Shown here: positions 17,634-28,000 of the stretch, in pieces
Layout of the letters: the number at the start of each line of letters is the position of its first letter
How positions within the stretch are numbered: the stretch's first letter is position 1
DNA from: an uncultured Bacilli bacterium
GTDB lineage: Bacteria; Bacillota_I; Bacilli_A; RF39; UBA660
Assembly (NCBI GenBank): GCA_949439935.1
Contig: CASRZA010000003.1
Location: 1 to 37,699 of the forward strand
Direction of reading: 5' to 3'
DNA: 37,699 bases
Made by a program: the position numbers and the translations under genes
The notes under the pieces: generated by a model
Seen by the model: only the letters and a program-made list of their open reading frames with translations
Told to the model about the DNA's origin: nothing
Databases searched by the model: none

Positions 17634-19241
17634 ATGGATAATAAAAACAAGAAAACACTATTGGCAATATTAATTTCGATCATAGTAATATCACTAGCCA
17701 TATCGACAGCATATCTGATGACAGACATACTACCTAGTTTAAATGATCCCTTAAATATAGGAGCAAATACAGATAATCTAACTTTAATATATGCAGACTG
17801 TGCAGATGATAATCCATTTCATTGTGAAAACATCAACAAAGATTTATCTCTAGGAGAAAGTGTAGAGAAGACATTTCAAATAAAGAACGAATCTAATAGG
17901 GAACTAAGCTATACTCTTTATTTCAAGCACTTACAAAATACTTTTAAAAACGATGAGTTGGTTTACAAAATAGAAAACATCGACACAGGAGAAGTTCTCA
18001 TAGATACGACACCAGTTCCATATAGAGAAGTTAAAACTGCGAATGTAACGATAAAAAATAGCATAGAGATAGAAGGTAATACTACTCAAAACTATAAAAT
18101 GACAGTAATTTTCTTGAATAAAGGTTACAACCAAAACGAGAATTTAAATGCAAAGTACTCCATAAAACTGTCTATAGTACCAAGCGACACAGTACTATCT
18201 GAATCCATTTCGAATGAACTGATGGCAACACAGTTCAGATATGATTCTGAAGCTGGTGAAAATGTATTTAAAGAGGGTATATGGCAACATAATAAAGAGA
18301 TAAAAAAAATAATCTTTGAAGATACATTAAATCCAAAAGAAAATGCAAGTTATGTATACGACATATCTAGTGTCCAGAATGAAAGTGTAATGGCCTATCT
18401 AGTACCAGATGCAGAAGATAATACAAAATATATCACATATATCCAATCGGATGGAGAAGTTATAGCAAATAGGGATAGTTCAGGTTTATTTTCTGGCTTC
18501 ACGAATTTAGAGAACATAGACAATTTAACAAACTTAAATACAACTAATGTGCTCCTCATGTCTGAAATGTTTTCTGGCTGTAGCTCTTTAAAAACGCTTG
18601 ATTTAAGTCGTCTTGATACAAGCAAAGTTATTGATATGTCTGGGATGTTTGCTGAGTGCAGAAGTTTAACAACGTTGAATCTAGGTAACTTCGACACAAG
18701 CAAATTAATAAACATAGAAAGTATGTTTGCTAATTGTCGAAATTTAATATCATTAAATATAGATAATTTAAATACTAGCAAAGTAACGAATATGAGGAAT
18801 ATTTTTAGTGGCTGTCAAAGCTTGGCAACATTAGACCTAAGTAATTTTAACACAAATAACGTCACTGATATGTCAGGAATGTTTAGTTATTGTAATAGCT
18901 TAATGATATTGAATTTAAAGAACTTTGATACTAGCAAGGTTACAGATATGTCTGGAATGTTTTATGACTGTAGTAGTTTAACAAAATTAAATATAGACAA
19001 CTTCGATACAAGTCAAGTTATAAGTATGAACAATATGTTTGAAGGATGCCGCAATCTAACAACGACGATCACTATAAGAGGAACAAAGTGTACCAATTAT
19101 AGTAAAATGTTTGAAAATGGACCTGGTGTACCTCCTGCAACTATAACTGTAAATTACACGGAAGAAGCCTCTAGCTTAGTAGATAACATGATAGCTACTA
19201 ACACTCAAGGTTATGTAAAAAAAGGTATCAAAGTTTCATAA
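17634..19241 (+). CDS. BspA-like/DUF285 leucine-rich-repeat surface protein with N-terminal TasA/camelysin-like domain
   Basis: About seven 26-aa repeats (FDTSKVTDMSGMFYDCSSLTKLNIDN); signal peptide ending STAYL; GESVEKTFQIKN..LVY..NQNEN beta domain. Confidence 0.85.
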   Translation: MDNKNKKTLLAILISIIVISLAISTAYLMTDILPSLNDPLNIGANTDNLTLIYADCADDNPFHCENINKDLSLGESVEKTFQIKNESNRELSYTLYFKHLQNTFKNDELVYKIENIDTGEVLIDTTPVPYREVKTANVTIKNSIEIEGNTTQNYKMTVIFLNKGYNQNENLNAKYSIKLSIVPSDTVLSESISNELMATQFRYDSEAGENVFKEGIWQHNKEIKKIIFEDTLNPKENASYVYDISSVQNESVMAYLVPDAEDNTKYITYIQSDGEVIANRDSSGLFSGFTNLENIDNLTNLNTTNVLLMSEMFSGCSSLKTLDLSRLDTSKVIDMSGMFAECRSLTTLNLGNFDTSKLINIESMFANCRNLISLNIDNLNTSKVTNMRNIFSGCQSLATLDLSNFNTNNVTDMSGMFSYCNSLMILNLKNFDTSKVTDMSGMFYDCSSLTKLNIDNFDTSQVISMNNMFEGCRNLTTTITIRGTKCTNYSKMFENGPGVPPATITVNYTEEASSLVDNMIATNTQGYVKKGIKVS

Positions 19242-19260
19242 ATCGCCAAGGCGATTTTTT
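19240..19260 (+). terminator. Intrinsic terminator
   Basis: AAATCGC-CAAG-GCGATTT followed by T run. Confidence 0.7.
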
Positions 19261-19313
19261 ATATCTTTTTATAAATACTCATTGTAGGATTTAACTAGAA
19301 AGAAGTGATTCCC

Positions 19314-19685
19314 ATGAAAAAGTCGTCTTATGGAATAATAAATTATAAAGAGTTAATGACAGAAGGATTTGAATACATAGATAAGACTAAGTATTTGAGT
19401 AAGTTAGACAATATAAAAAAACTCTAATTTACTTAAGACCTGGAAGATTCGGAAAGAGTCTATTCACGAGCATGATGTTCTACTATTATGATGTCAATAG
19501 CAAAGATGAGTTCGATACATTGTTTAGTGAAACATATGTCGGAAAGAAAAGTCGAGAACGACGTCAAAAAACTAGTCGAAGATAAGAGACTTGAAGGAAT
19601 AGAACAGCTGGATAGATATAGCCTAGATAAGGAAAATTTAAAGAAATACTTGAGAGATGTCGAATTGCTAGAAAGCTTGGATTAA
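19314..19685 (+). pseudogene. Remnant of AAA-ATPase-like / PD-(D/E)XK-associated protein (frameshifted, internally deleted)
   Basis: MKKSSYGIINYKELMTEGFEYIDKTKY, frameshift at A7 (19415-19421), then LIYLRPGRFGKSLFTSMMFYYYD (Walker A), then in another frame EDKRLEGIEQLDRY..LKKY. Confidence 0.8.
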
Positions 19686-19720
19686 TTCCGAGTTTTTAAT
19701 ACAAAAAAAGCGAGACATTC

Positions 19721-22669
19721 TCACTTTTCGATTCCTTCCAATTTGACACTTACGAGTTTAGAGACACCAGACTCTTGCATCGTAATGCCGTATAGAGTAT
19801 TTGCATATTCCATAGTTTTTTTCTTGTGTGTTATCACGATGAATTGAGTTTTATGTTCATACTCCTTCAAATACGTTCCAAACGTGTCGACGTTCGCTTC
19901 GTCTAATGCAGCCTCGACCTCATCTAAAATACAGAAAGGAACCACCTTGACGTTCAAAATCGCAAAGAGTAGGGCGATTGCTGTTAAAGTTTTCTCACCA
20001 CCACTTAGAAGAGTGATGTTCTTAAGTTTCTTGCCTGGAGGTTCTGCTATGATATCGACTCCGGTTTCGAGCAGATTCAAAGGATCAGTTAGTACGAGTT
20101 CTCCGTGTCCACCCTTGAATAGGCGACTGTATACACTCTGAAACTCGACGTTAACCTTGTCGAAAGTATCTTTAAATTCCTGCTCCATAGTCGCATCCAT
20201 CTCGCTGATAATGCCTAAGATATTCTCGATAGACTCCTTTAGATCCTTTCGCTGATCGTCCAAAAATTCATACCTAGTATTTATTCTTTCGAATTCGCTT
20301 ATGGCACCCAGATTTACTTCTCCGAGATCTTTTATGTTCTTCCTTAGAACCTGAACTCTGTTTCTAGTGCCTTCTATATCTTCAGGAACTTCGACTGTAG
20401 CCTTCGCGCGTTCATAAGTGATATTATATTCTTCACTTAGACGCAGAAGTAAATTATCTAATTTAATGTCCATCTTGCCAAGTTTAACTTCGATATCTTT
20501 CAAATCGTTAACTTTGCGATTATATTCAGAGTTCTGTTTCTTGTTGGCAAGTTCTATCTCCGAAAGTTCTGCATTTAAATCAGACTTTCTCTCTTTTAAT
20601 TTATCCAAGGTTGAGACGATTTCATTCTTGATATTCTCTTTTGCATAATATTGTTCTATCGTTTCGTCGAGTTCTTTATCCAACGAACTTGAACGGATAC
20701 CCTCCGTACCTTTGAGCTCATTAGTCTTTGCAGTTATGCTCGAACTCGCAGCTTCGCGATAAGTATTTTTATTCCGTTTAGCTTCATCCAAGGCTACTAT
20801 TTCTTTATCCACTTCGTTGATTCTAGCCATGACGAGCTGTTCTTCTTCGAGAGTAGAATCTAATCTACTATTACAATTGTCTAAGTCCTTAGAAATCCTT
20901 TCGAGATCTGCCGTTAGACTCTTCACATTATTTTTCTCGACCAAAGTATTTTTATTTGCTTTCACCGAACCACCAGTCAAAGATCCACCCGTATGGAGTA
21001 TCTCTCCATCTAAAGACACGACTCTATAAGAATAATTGATCATCTTACCGATTCGATTGAGGGCATCGATGTTTTCTGCAACTACGACATTTCCTAACTG
21101 ATTTAAAATTACAGACTTATACTTTATATCGAAAGATACTAGATCACTAGCGATACCGACGAAGCCAGAATCACCTTTTATTCTCGTCAAAGTAGAATCG
21201 TCTAAATATCTAGGTTTGATGACGTTCAAAGGAAAGAACGTCGCACGACCTTGTTTATTATCTTTGAGGTAACTTATGGCTTTTTTGGCTGCCTGCTCGT
21301 CGTCACAAACTACGACGTTTTGCATAGCACCTAAGACGATATCTATCGCTGTCACATACTTTTCATCTATCTCTAAAAGACTTCCTAAAGTACCATGTAA
21401 CCCAGTTAAACGAGGATTAGTCAATACAGATTTAACAGAGAAGGGGAGTAGACTGTCATTCTCTAAGTTGGCGTTCATTATATCTATCTTATTCTTAGTT
21501 TCGCCCAATACTCGCGTCTTGAGTGCTATCTCGCTCATGAGACTTCCCTTTGTCGCTTCTAGCTTCCTCATGTCGATGTCCAGAGTAGACTTTCTCTCTC
21601 GTGCCTTTTGAATCCGATCATCCAAATCTTTGATCTCTCCATCGAGGGAAGCTAAATTAGACTCCAAAGACTTGATCTCTTCCTTCAAATTTAAGATGTT
21701 ACTCTCTAATTTCACGTCGTCGACTTCATATTTCTTTCTCTCGATCATCAGTTGCTTATTAGCTTCTAATGCCGATAACTCTTCAGTAACTTTAAGCAGA
21801 TTTTGACTCTCTCTATTTATATCAGCTTCTAACTTCAATAATTCGAGTTTCATTTTTTCCTGACTCGCGTCATCCTTAGAATTTGATGCTTCTATCGAAG
21901 ATATCGACGACCTAAGTTCCTCTGCGTTACTCTTCAAACCTTCATATTCTCCGTTTATGTTAGTTATATCGTTGATGAGCAAAGCGATTTCGATACTTTC
22001 CAATTCTTCTTTAAACGATTCATATTTTTTTGCCTTTTCACTCTGTTCGCGAAGGGGTTCTAAATTCACAGAGAGTTCTCCGATGACTAGATCGACTTTC
22101 GATAGATTGTCATTCGTCTTATCTAGACGTTTCAAACTCTCGACTTTTCTTTTCTTATATTTGAGGACTCCTGCTGCTTCCTCGATTATTGCACGTCGTT
22201 CCTCTGGTTTACTATTGAGGATCTCTCCGATTTTACCCTGCGAAATGATGCTGAAAGCTTCTTTTCCAGCACCCGAATCTAAAAACAGGTCGGTTATATC
22301 TTTCAATCTAACTTTTGAATTGTTCAACAGATATTCATTTTCTCCAGAAGTATAGACGATTCTTTTTATCTCTATCTCTTTAAAATCACTGTTCAAATAG
22401 TGATCGCTGTTGTCGAAAGTAAGCGTGACACTCGCGCGAGTCAAAGGTTTTCGCGAAATACTTCCTTGAAATATGACGTCGCTCATCTCCTTAGAACCTC
22501 TGAGCGCTTTCACAGATTGTTCACCTAAAACCCACTTTACAGCATCGACGATGTTGGATTTACCGCTTCCGTTTGGACCGACGATTCCCGTTATACCATC
22601 TTTGATGTCTATCTCAATTTTGTCGGCAAACGATTTAAATCCGCTTGCTTTAATACTTTTAAGTTGCAT
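19721..22669 (-). CDS. smc: Chromosome segregation protein SMC (short-arm, 982 aa)
   Basis: GFKSF, GPNGSGKSN, hinge GRATFFPLN and GGSLTGG, LSGGEK, LDEVEAALD, ITH. Confidence 0.97.
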   Translation of the reverse strand: MQLKSIKASGFKSFADKIEIDIKDGITGIVGPNGSGKSNIVDAVKWVLGEQSVKALRGSKEMSDVIFQGSISRKPLTRASVTLTFDNSDHYLNSDFKEIEIKRIVYTSGENEYLLNNSKVRLKDITDLFLDSGAGKEAFSIISQGKIGEILNSKPEERRAIIEEAAGVLKYKKRKVESLKRLDKTNDNLSKVDLVIGELSVNLEPLREQSEKAKKYESFKEELESIEIALLINDITNINGEYEGLKSNAEELRSSISSIEASNSKDDASQEKMKLELLKLEADINRESQNLLKVTEELSALEANKQLMIERKKYEVDDVKLESNILNLKEEIKSLESNLASLDGEIKDLDDRIQKARERKSTLDIDMRKLEATKGSLMSEIALKTRVLGETKNKIDIMNANLENDSLLPFSVKSVLTNPRLTGLHGTLGSLLEIDEKYVTAIDIVLGAMQNVVVCDDEQAAKKAISYLKDNKQGRATFFPLNVIKPRYLDDSTLTRIKGDSGFVGIASDLVSFDIKYKSVILNQLGNVVVAENIDALNRIGKMINYSYRVVSLDGEILHTGGSLTGGSVKANKNTLVEKNNVKSLTADLERISKDLDNCNSRLDSTLEEEQLVMARINEVDKEIVALDEAKRNKNTYREAASSSITAKTNELKGTEGIRSSSLDKELDETIEQYYAKENIKNEIVSTLDKLKERKSDLNAELSEIELANKKQNSEYNRKVNDLKDIEVKLGKMDIKLDNLLLRLSEEYNITYERAKATVEVPEDIEGTRNRVQVLRKNIKDLGEVNLGAISEFERINTRYEFLDDQRKDLKESIENILGIISEMDATMEQEFKDTFDKVNVEFQSVYSRLFKGGHGELVLTDPLNLLETGVDIIAEPPGKKLKNITLLSGGEKTLTAIALLFAILNVKVVPFCILDEVEAALDEANVDTFGTYLKEYEHKTQFIVITHKKKTMEYANTLYGITMQESGVSKLVSVKLEGIEK

Positions 22670-22690
22670 GTTCTAATTCCTCTCATCTAA

Positions 22691-23341
22691 TTACTTCTTT
22701 ACAGCCTTATCGTAGGCATCCTTCGCAGCGTTCTGTTCTGCTTCCTTCTTGCTTTTTCCAGATCCACGACCATATACTATGCCGTCGACTACGACATCGA
22801 AAATATAAGTTTTATCGTGGGCAGGCCCATCTTCACTCAGAAGTTTATATTCTAAAGTCTTTTTCGATGTCTGCATCATCTCTTGAAGTAGAGACTTATA
22901 GTCCGAGTAAAAGACGCGATTTTCCTTTATAAAAGGAGTGATAACTTCTAAGACATAGTTCTTAGAGACTTCATACCCACATTCTAAAAAGATGACTCCT
23001 AAAATTGCTTCGAACACATCTGCAACGATCGTCTCGTTCAAATTATGTATCTGACCATTTCCCAATCTGATATAGGGAATAAAACCTACTACTTTGGCAT
23101 ATTCGTAGTTGGCATGTTCACATACATAACGGGCACGCAACTTTGTCATTGCTCCTTCCTTAGAATCAGTATTTAAGTAAAAGTACTCACTCGTGATCAA
23201 CTCCAAAACTGCATCTCCTAAATACTCGAGCCTCTCATACGACTCGCAATTATGTTCATTCGAATAAGAAGTATGCGTAAGTGCTGTCAACAACATCTCT
23301 TCGTTTTTAATTTTGATACCATATTTTTCTAAAAAATTCAT
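22691..23341 (-). CDS. rnc: Ribonuclease III
   Basis: ALTHTSY, ERLEYLGDAVL, ADVFEA, dsRBD DYKSLLQE..GPAH..SKKEAEQNAA. Confidence 0.97.
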   Translation of the reverse strand: MNFLEKYGIKIKNEEMLLTALTHTSYSNEHNCESYERLEYLGDAVLELITSEYFYLNTDSKEGAMTKLRARYVCEHANYEYAKVVGFIPYIRLGNGQIHNLNETIVADVFEAILGVIFLECGYEVSKNYVLEVITPFIKENRVFYSDYKSLLQEMMQTSKKTLEYKLLSEDGPAHDKTYIFDVVVDGIVYGRGSGKSKKEAEQNAAKDAYDKAVKK

Positions 23342-23475
23342 GATTGATTTCACACCTTTCTTTATAATAGTATATTCTCATTATACAACAACAATGGAGA
23401 CTTTTACTAGTTTTATTTTACAAAAAGACGGTTTTATAGTAAAATGTATCTAGTTAGAAGATGGGAATGATTTAA

Positions 23476-24351
23476 TTGAAAAATATATTAAAAAAATTAT
23501 TGTGTCTAAGTTTTGTACTACTTATGATGACCAGTTGTTTTAAAAGAGATGACTTGGAAGGCGTAGATATATTCACGACAGTCTATCCAGTCCAATTCGT
23601 CACAGACTATTTGTATGGATATAATTCTAATGTAAAGTCGATCTATCCAGCTGAAACTGATCTCGGATCATATAAATTGACAGATAAACAGATTGAAGAA
23701 TATTCGAAAGGATCCATATTTGTCTATAATGGACTTTCAGAAGAAAAAGGTATTGCTCGCGACTTGTTAAATAAAAATAAAAATTTAAAAATTATCGACG
23801 TGAGCCAAGGCTTAGATTACAATAGTTCTATCGAAGAACTATGGCTCAACCCGAGCGACTTTCTCATGCTAGCGCACAACATTAAAAACGGATTCGAAGA
23901 ATACATCAATAACAAATATATCATCGAAGAGATAAATAAAAATTACGAGAGTTTAAAGGTTTTGATAAGTTCTTATGATGCTGAATTCCAAATGGTTCCA
24001 GAGAATGCTAAAAATACGACTATTTTGATCGCGAGTGACGCCTTGAGTTTTCTATCAAAATATGGCTTTGATGTGATCAACATAGATGAGTCTCTTGGAG
24101 AAGTGACAAGTACTACAAAAAATAAAGCTAAAAAAGCTATCAAAGATGGGCATGTAAAATATGTTTACATGCTAGACAATCAAGTTGAGACAGAACTCAT
24201 TAAATCTTTCATACAAGAGGGTGCTCAAAAAAATGTCATAAAAAGTATGACTATATTGTCTGAAGATGATGTCAAAAATGGACACAATTATAAAACGATG
24301 ATGCGTGACAACATCGAAGAAATAAAGAGAGAAGTGTACGAAACGAACTAG
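23476..24351 (+). CDS. ZnuA/TroA-fold solute-binding lipoprotein lacking canonical His ligands
   Basis: Lipobox MTSC; TVYP, FVYNG, WLNP motifs; TTG start; no adjacent permease or ATPase. Confidence 0.8.
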   Translation: MKNILKKLLCLSFVLLMMTSCFKRDDLEGVDIFTTVYPVQFVTDYLYGYNSNVKSIYPAETDLGSYKLTDKQIEEYSKGSIFVYNGLSEEKGIARDLLNKNKNLKIIDVSQGLDYNSSIEELWLNPSDFLMLAHNIKNGFEEYINNKYIIEEINKNYESLKVLISSYDAEFQMVPENAKNTTILIASDALSFLSKYGFDVINIDESLGEVTSTTKNKAKKAIKDGHVKYVYMLDNQVETELIKSFIQEGAQKNVIKSMTILSEDDVKNGHNYKTMMRDNIEEIKREVYETN

Positions 24352-24413
24352 ATTAATAAACAAAAATAATCGCTGTAAACGATGTGCAGATATAGAAAGT
24401 GGGGCCTTTTTGC

Positions 24414-24565
24414 ACGAAGAAATCTAATAAAAAAATATTTTTGGCGGTTCTGGTATCAATCATAGTAATATCACTAGCTATATCGACGGCATATTTGATG
24501 ACAGACGTGACACCTAGTTTAAACGATCCTAAGGTTATGTTAAAAAAGGTTTCAAAGTTTCATAG
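24414..24565 (+). pseudogene. Internally deleted paralog of the 17634..19241 surface-protein gene
   Basis: 24414-24530 aligns with 17634-17750 (ATG replaced by ACG); 24531-24565 aligns with 19207-19241. Confidence 0.85.
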
Positions 24566-24590
24566 AACACTTAGGTTGAGAGAAATATGA

Positions 24591-24941
24591 TCATAATATA
24601 TCGGGTTCGTCGTATCCGATCCACTCTAAATACAAGAGGATTCCACCTCCAACTAGAAACAGAGTCGTCGCAACTACAGTCATGTAGTTTTTTTTATCTC
24701 TGCTTTTAGAAAATTTATTCGATGCGTTTACGAAAAAATAGATGTATACTAAAAAACTTATAGTTAAAAGAATAATGTTTAAATTGTGAAATTCTCTATA
24801 CTTTTTTTGGTCGTGAGTATAGACATAATCTTTTTCTATTTGATTAGATATGATGGCAAAAATGGCGACAAATATATAAGTCGCCCATATGATATCTTCG
24901 CGACCGATTTCGCTCAACTGTTCACTTAAAGGACCTGTCAT
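24591..24941 (-). CDS. Hypothetical 3-TM membrane protein
   Basis: 116 aa with three hydrophobic segments; no SD; TATAAT 6 nt before the ATG. Confidence 0.7.
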   Translation of the reverse strand: MTGPLSEQLSEIGREDIIWATYIFVAIFAIISNQIEKDYVYTHDQKKYREFHNLNIILLTISFLVYIYFFVNASNKFSKSRDKKNYMTVVATTLFLVGGGILLYLEWIGYDEPDIL

Positions 24942-25010
24942 ACTAAAATTATATGAAAAAAAAGTCAGTAAATGTCAAATGTTTGAGAATATCAAAAGAT
25001 ACTCTTTCAC

Positions 25011-25039
25011 TTGCATTTAAGTACTTATAAGTTTATAAT
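25011..25039 (+). promoter_or_regulatory. Sigma-A promoter of PFOR
   Basis: TTGCAT-17 bp-TATAAT. Confidence 0.7.
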
Positions 25040-25069
25040 TTAACTAATGATAGAGAGGACGAAGATACT

Positions 25070-28000
25070 ATGAAAAAAGTTATGGACGGATGCACAGCTG
25101 CATCTACGATTGCCTATAAATTCAGCGAGGTTGCTAGCATTTATCCGATTACTCCTTCTAGCCCGATGGCTTCGAACATGGATAAATTAAGTTCTGTAGG
25201 AGTTAAAAATCTTTTTGGAGATACAGTAAACGTCATCGAAATGCAATCGGAAGCAGGAGCAGCAGGAACCTTACATGGAGCTTTACTATCGGGAACTCTT
25301 GCTAGTACATTTACTGCCAGTCAGGGACTTCTTTTGATGATTCCTAATATGTACAAGATTGCGGGCGAAGAACTTCCGGCAGTCATGCACGTCGCATCGA
25401 GGACACTTGCAACTCACGCATTGTCAATATTTGGAGACCATAGTGACATATACGCTGTAAGACAGACAGGTTTTTGCATGCTTGCTTCTTCGAGTGTTCA
25501 AGAAGCTCATGATTTGGCAGCAGTCGCACACCTTTCGGCGATCAAAACTTCCCTCCCGTTTCTTCATTTTATGGACGGATTTAGAACTAGTCACGAAATA
25601 AATAAGATACAACTGCTCGAAGACGGCAATCTATTAAAGTTGATCGATCGTGATGCTGTAAGGACATTTAGAGATAAGACACTAAATATAAATAGACCGC
25701 ATTCTAGAGGGATGGCTGAAAATGAAGACGTCTATTTTCAAAGCGTCGAAGCCCGAAATAGAGATTACGAGATCGTACCTAAAACAGTCGAATATTATAT
25801 GGACAAGATAAACGAAATTCAAAATGCCGACTACAAGCCTTTCAACTATTATGGAAGCGATAAAGCTAAATATGTCATCGTAGCGATGGGAAGTGTAACT
25901 AGCACTATAAAAAAGACTATCGAAGCCTTGCATACTATGGGACAAAATGTGGGACTGATCGCCGTTCATCTATATAGACCGTTCAGTCGAGAATATCTTA
26001 TAAGTGTGTTGCCAAAATCGGTTAAAAGAATCGCCGTTTTAGATAGGACCAAAGAACCAGGAAGCATCGGTGAACCGCTGTATCTAGACGTAGTATCTGC
26101 TTTAAAAGATTGCAACATAGAGATATATGGCGGGCGCTACGGCTTATCGTCTAAAAATACGACTCCAAGCGACATATACGCAGTATACGACATGCTAGAA
26201 AATGCCCCTAAAGATAACTTTACTATAGGTATACAGGACGACATTACCAATTTAAGTTTAGAAAAGAAAAACCTCGATATCAAAGACCATACTAAAGAAT
26301 TATTAATATATGGATATGGTTCTGATGGCATGGTAAGTGCTTCGAAAGATCTTTTAAAAATAATAGGCAATCACTCCGAACAATATGTACAAGGCTATTT
26401 CGAATACGATTCTAAAAAGAGTGGAGGTGTGACGATTTCACATCTCAGATTCGACAGTGAACGAATCGATGCACCTTACTATCCAGAACATCCGAATATC
26501 TTAGTCGTGACGAAAGAAAGTTATTTAAATAAATTCGAACTCACAGACGATCTGGCAAACAATGGAGTTTTAATCGTAAATTCTAAGAAACGTTTTGAAG
26601 AAATTCCGATGCTTTTAAAAATTCAAAAGGATATAGTCGAAAAAAATATCACAGTATTTACGATCGATGCAGGAAAAATTGCTGAGAGAAACGATCTAAA
26701 AGGAAAGATCAGTCTCATATTCGAGACGATTCTTCTGAAGCTTTTAGGATTTGATAACTATGAAGAAATTCTTACTAAGAGCATCCAAGAACGATTTAAG
26801 ACAAAAGGCGAGAAAATCGTAAATGCGAATATTAAGTGTGTCAAGGAAGCGATAGTAGGCCTAGTGCCATTTAAGGCTAAGCTCACTCAGGATGGAACAA
26901 CTTTAGATTCGACCGATGTCGTCGATATGATCAACTCTAGAAAAGGAAACGAATTAAAAGTCGGAGATCTGATGAGCTTTAGAACAGGAGAATTTCCAGA
27001 AGGATTAAGCAAGCTTGAAAAACGAACAACAACAGACACAGTTCCTAGCTGGAAAAGCGAAAATTGTATCGAATGTGGCATGTGCTCCATCGTCTGTCCA
27101 CATGCAGTAATAAGGCCATTCGTCGTCGAAAAAGACAGCGACTATGCTGAACACGGGATAAATTTAATAGGAGATAAAGACGATAAATACAGATTCATCA
27201 TAAGTGTCAGTGAAGCGGATTGTACAGGATGCGGCTTATGTATCGATGTATGTCCAGGCAAAAAAGGAGAAAAAGCTTTAGAATTCGGACGTCCCGATTT
27301 AAAGAAACAAAGACTTGCAAACACGCTTTTCAACTTTTACAAAAACCCAACTATGTTCGATAAATTTACTATAAAGGGCTCTCAATTACAAAAACCAAAA
27401 TTTGAATTTTCGGGAGCTTGTGCAGGATGTGGAGAGACGCCATATATCAAACTGTTAACGCAACTCTATGGCGATCGCTTGATGATCGCAAATGCGACAG
27501 GGTGTTCTAGCATCTATGGAGGAAGCGTTCCATCCACTCCCTATAGTATTCCTTGGGCAAATAGCCTCTTTGAGGATAATGCCGAATTCGGCTATGGACT
27601 TCTCAAAGGTACGGAAACTATTCGCAACAGAATAAAAGATATTATGGTCGAATCGCAAGAAAGCGTCGACGAAGTGATGAGAGAACTTTTTAAAGAATGG
27701 ATAGAAAACATGGACAACTACGAGATAACAAAGAAGATAAAGGAAGAATTAAGACTTTGTGACATACCTAATGAGATCGATGAATTGTTAGACTATATAG
27801 AAAAACCGAGTATATGGGCGATAGGCGGAGATGGTTGGGCATACGATATAGGTTTCAGTGGAATAGATCACGTCCTATCTTCGAACGAAAATATCAACAT
27901 CCTCGTCCTCGACACAGAAGTTTATTCTAATACGGGAGGACAAGCTTCTAAATCTAGCCACTTTGGCCAAGTTGCCGAATTTACTGATAATGGCAAAAAG

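Noticed and set aside
18520-19060. 78-bp periodic nucleotide repeats
   Set aside because: Explained by the 26-aa LRR coding repeats.
6090-19317. Similar CTAGAAAGAAGT..CCCATGA strings at 6090 and 19295
   Set aside because: Both are SD-plus-start contexts and the similarity does not extend; not called a repeat family.
24399-24590. 63-aa ORF as a functional gene
   Set aside because: It reads through the deletion junction of a pseudogene into an out-of-frame tail.
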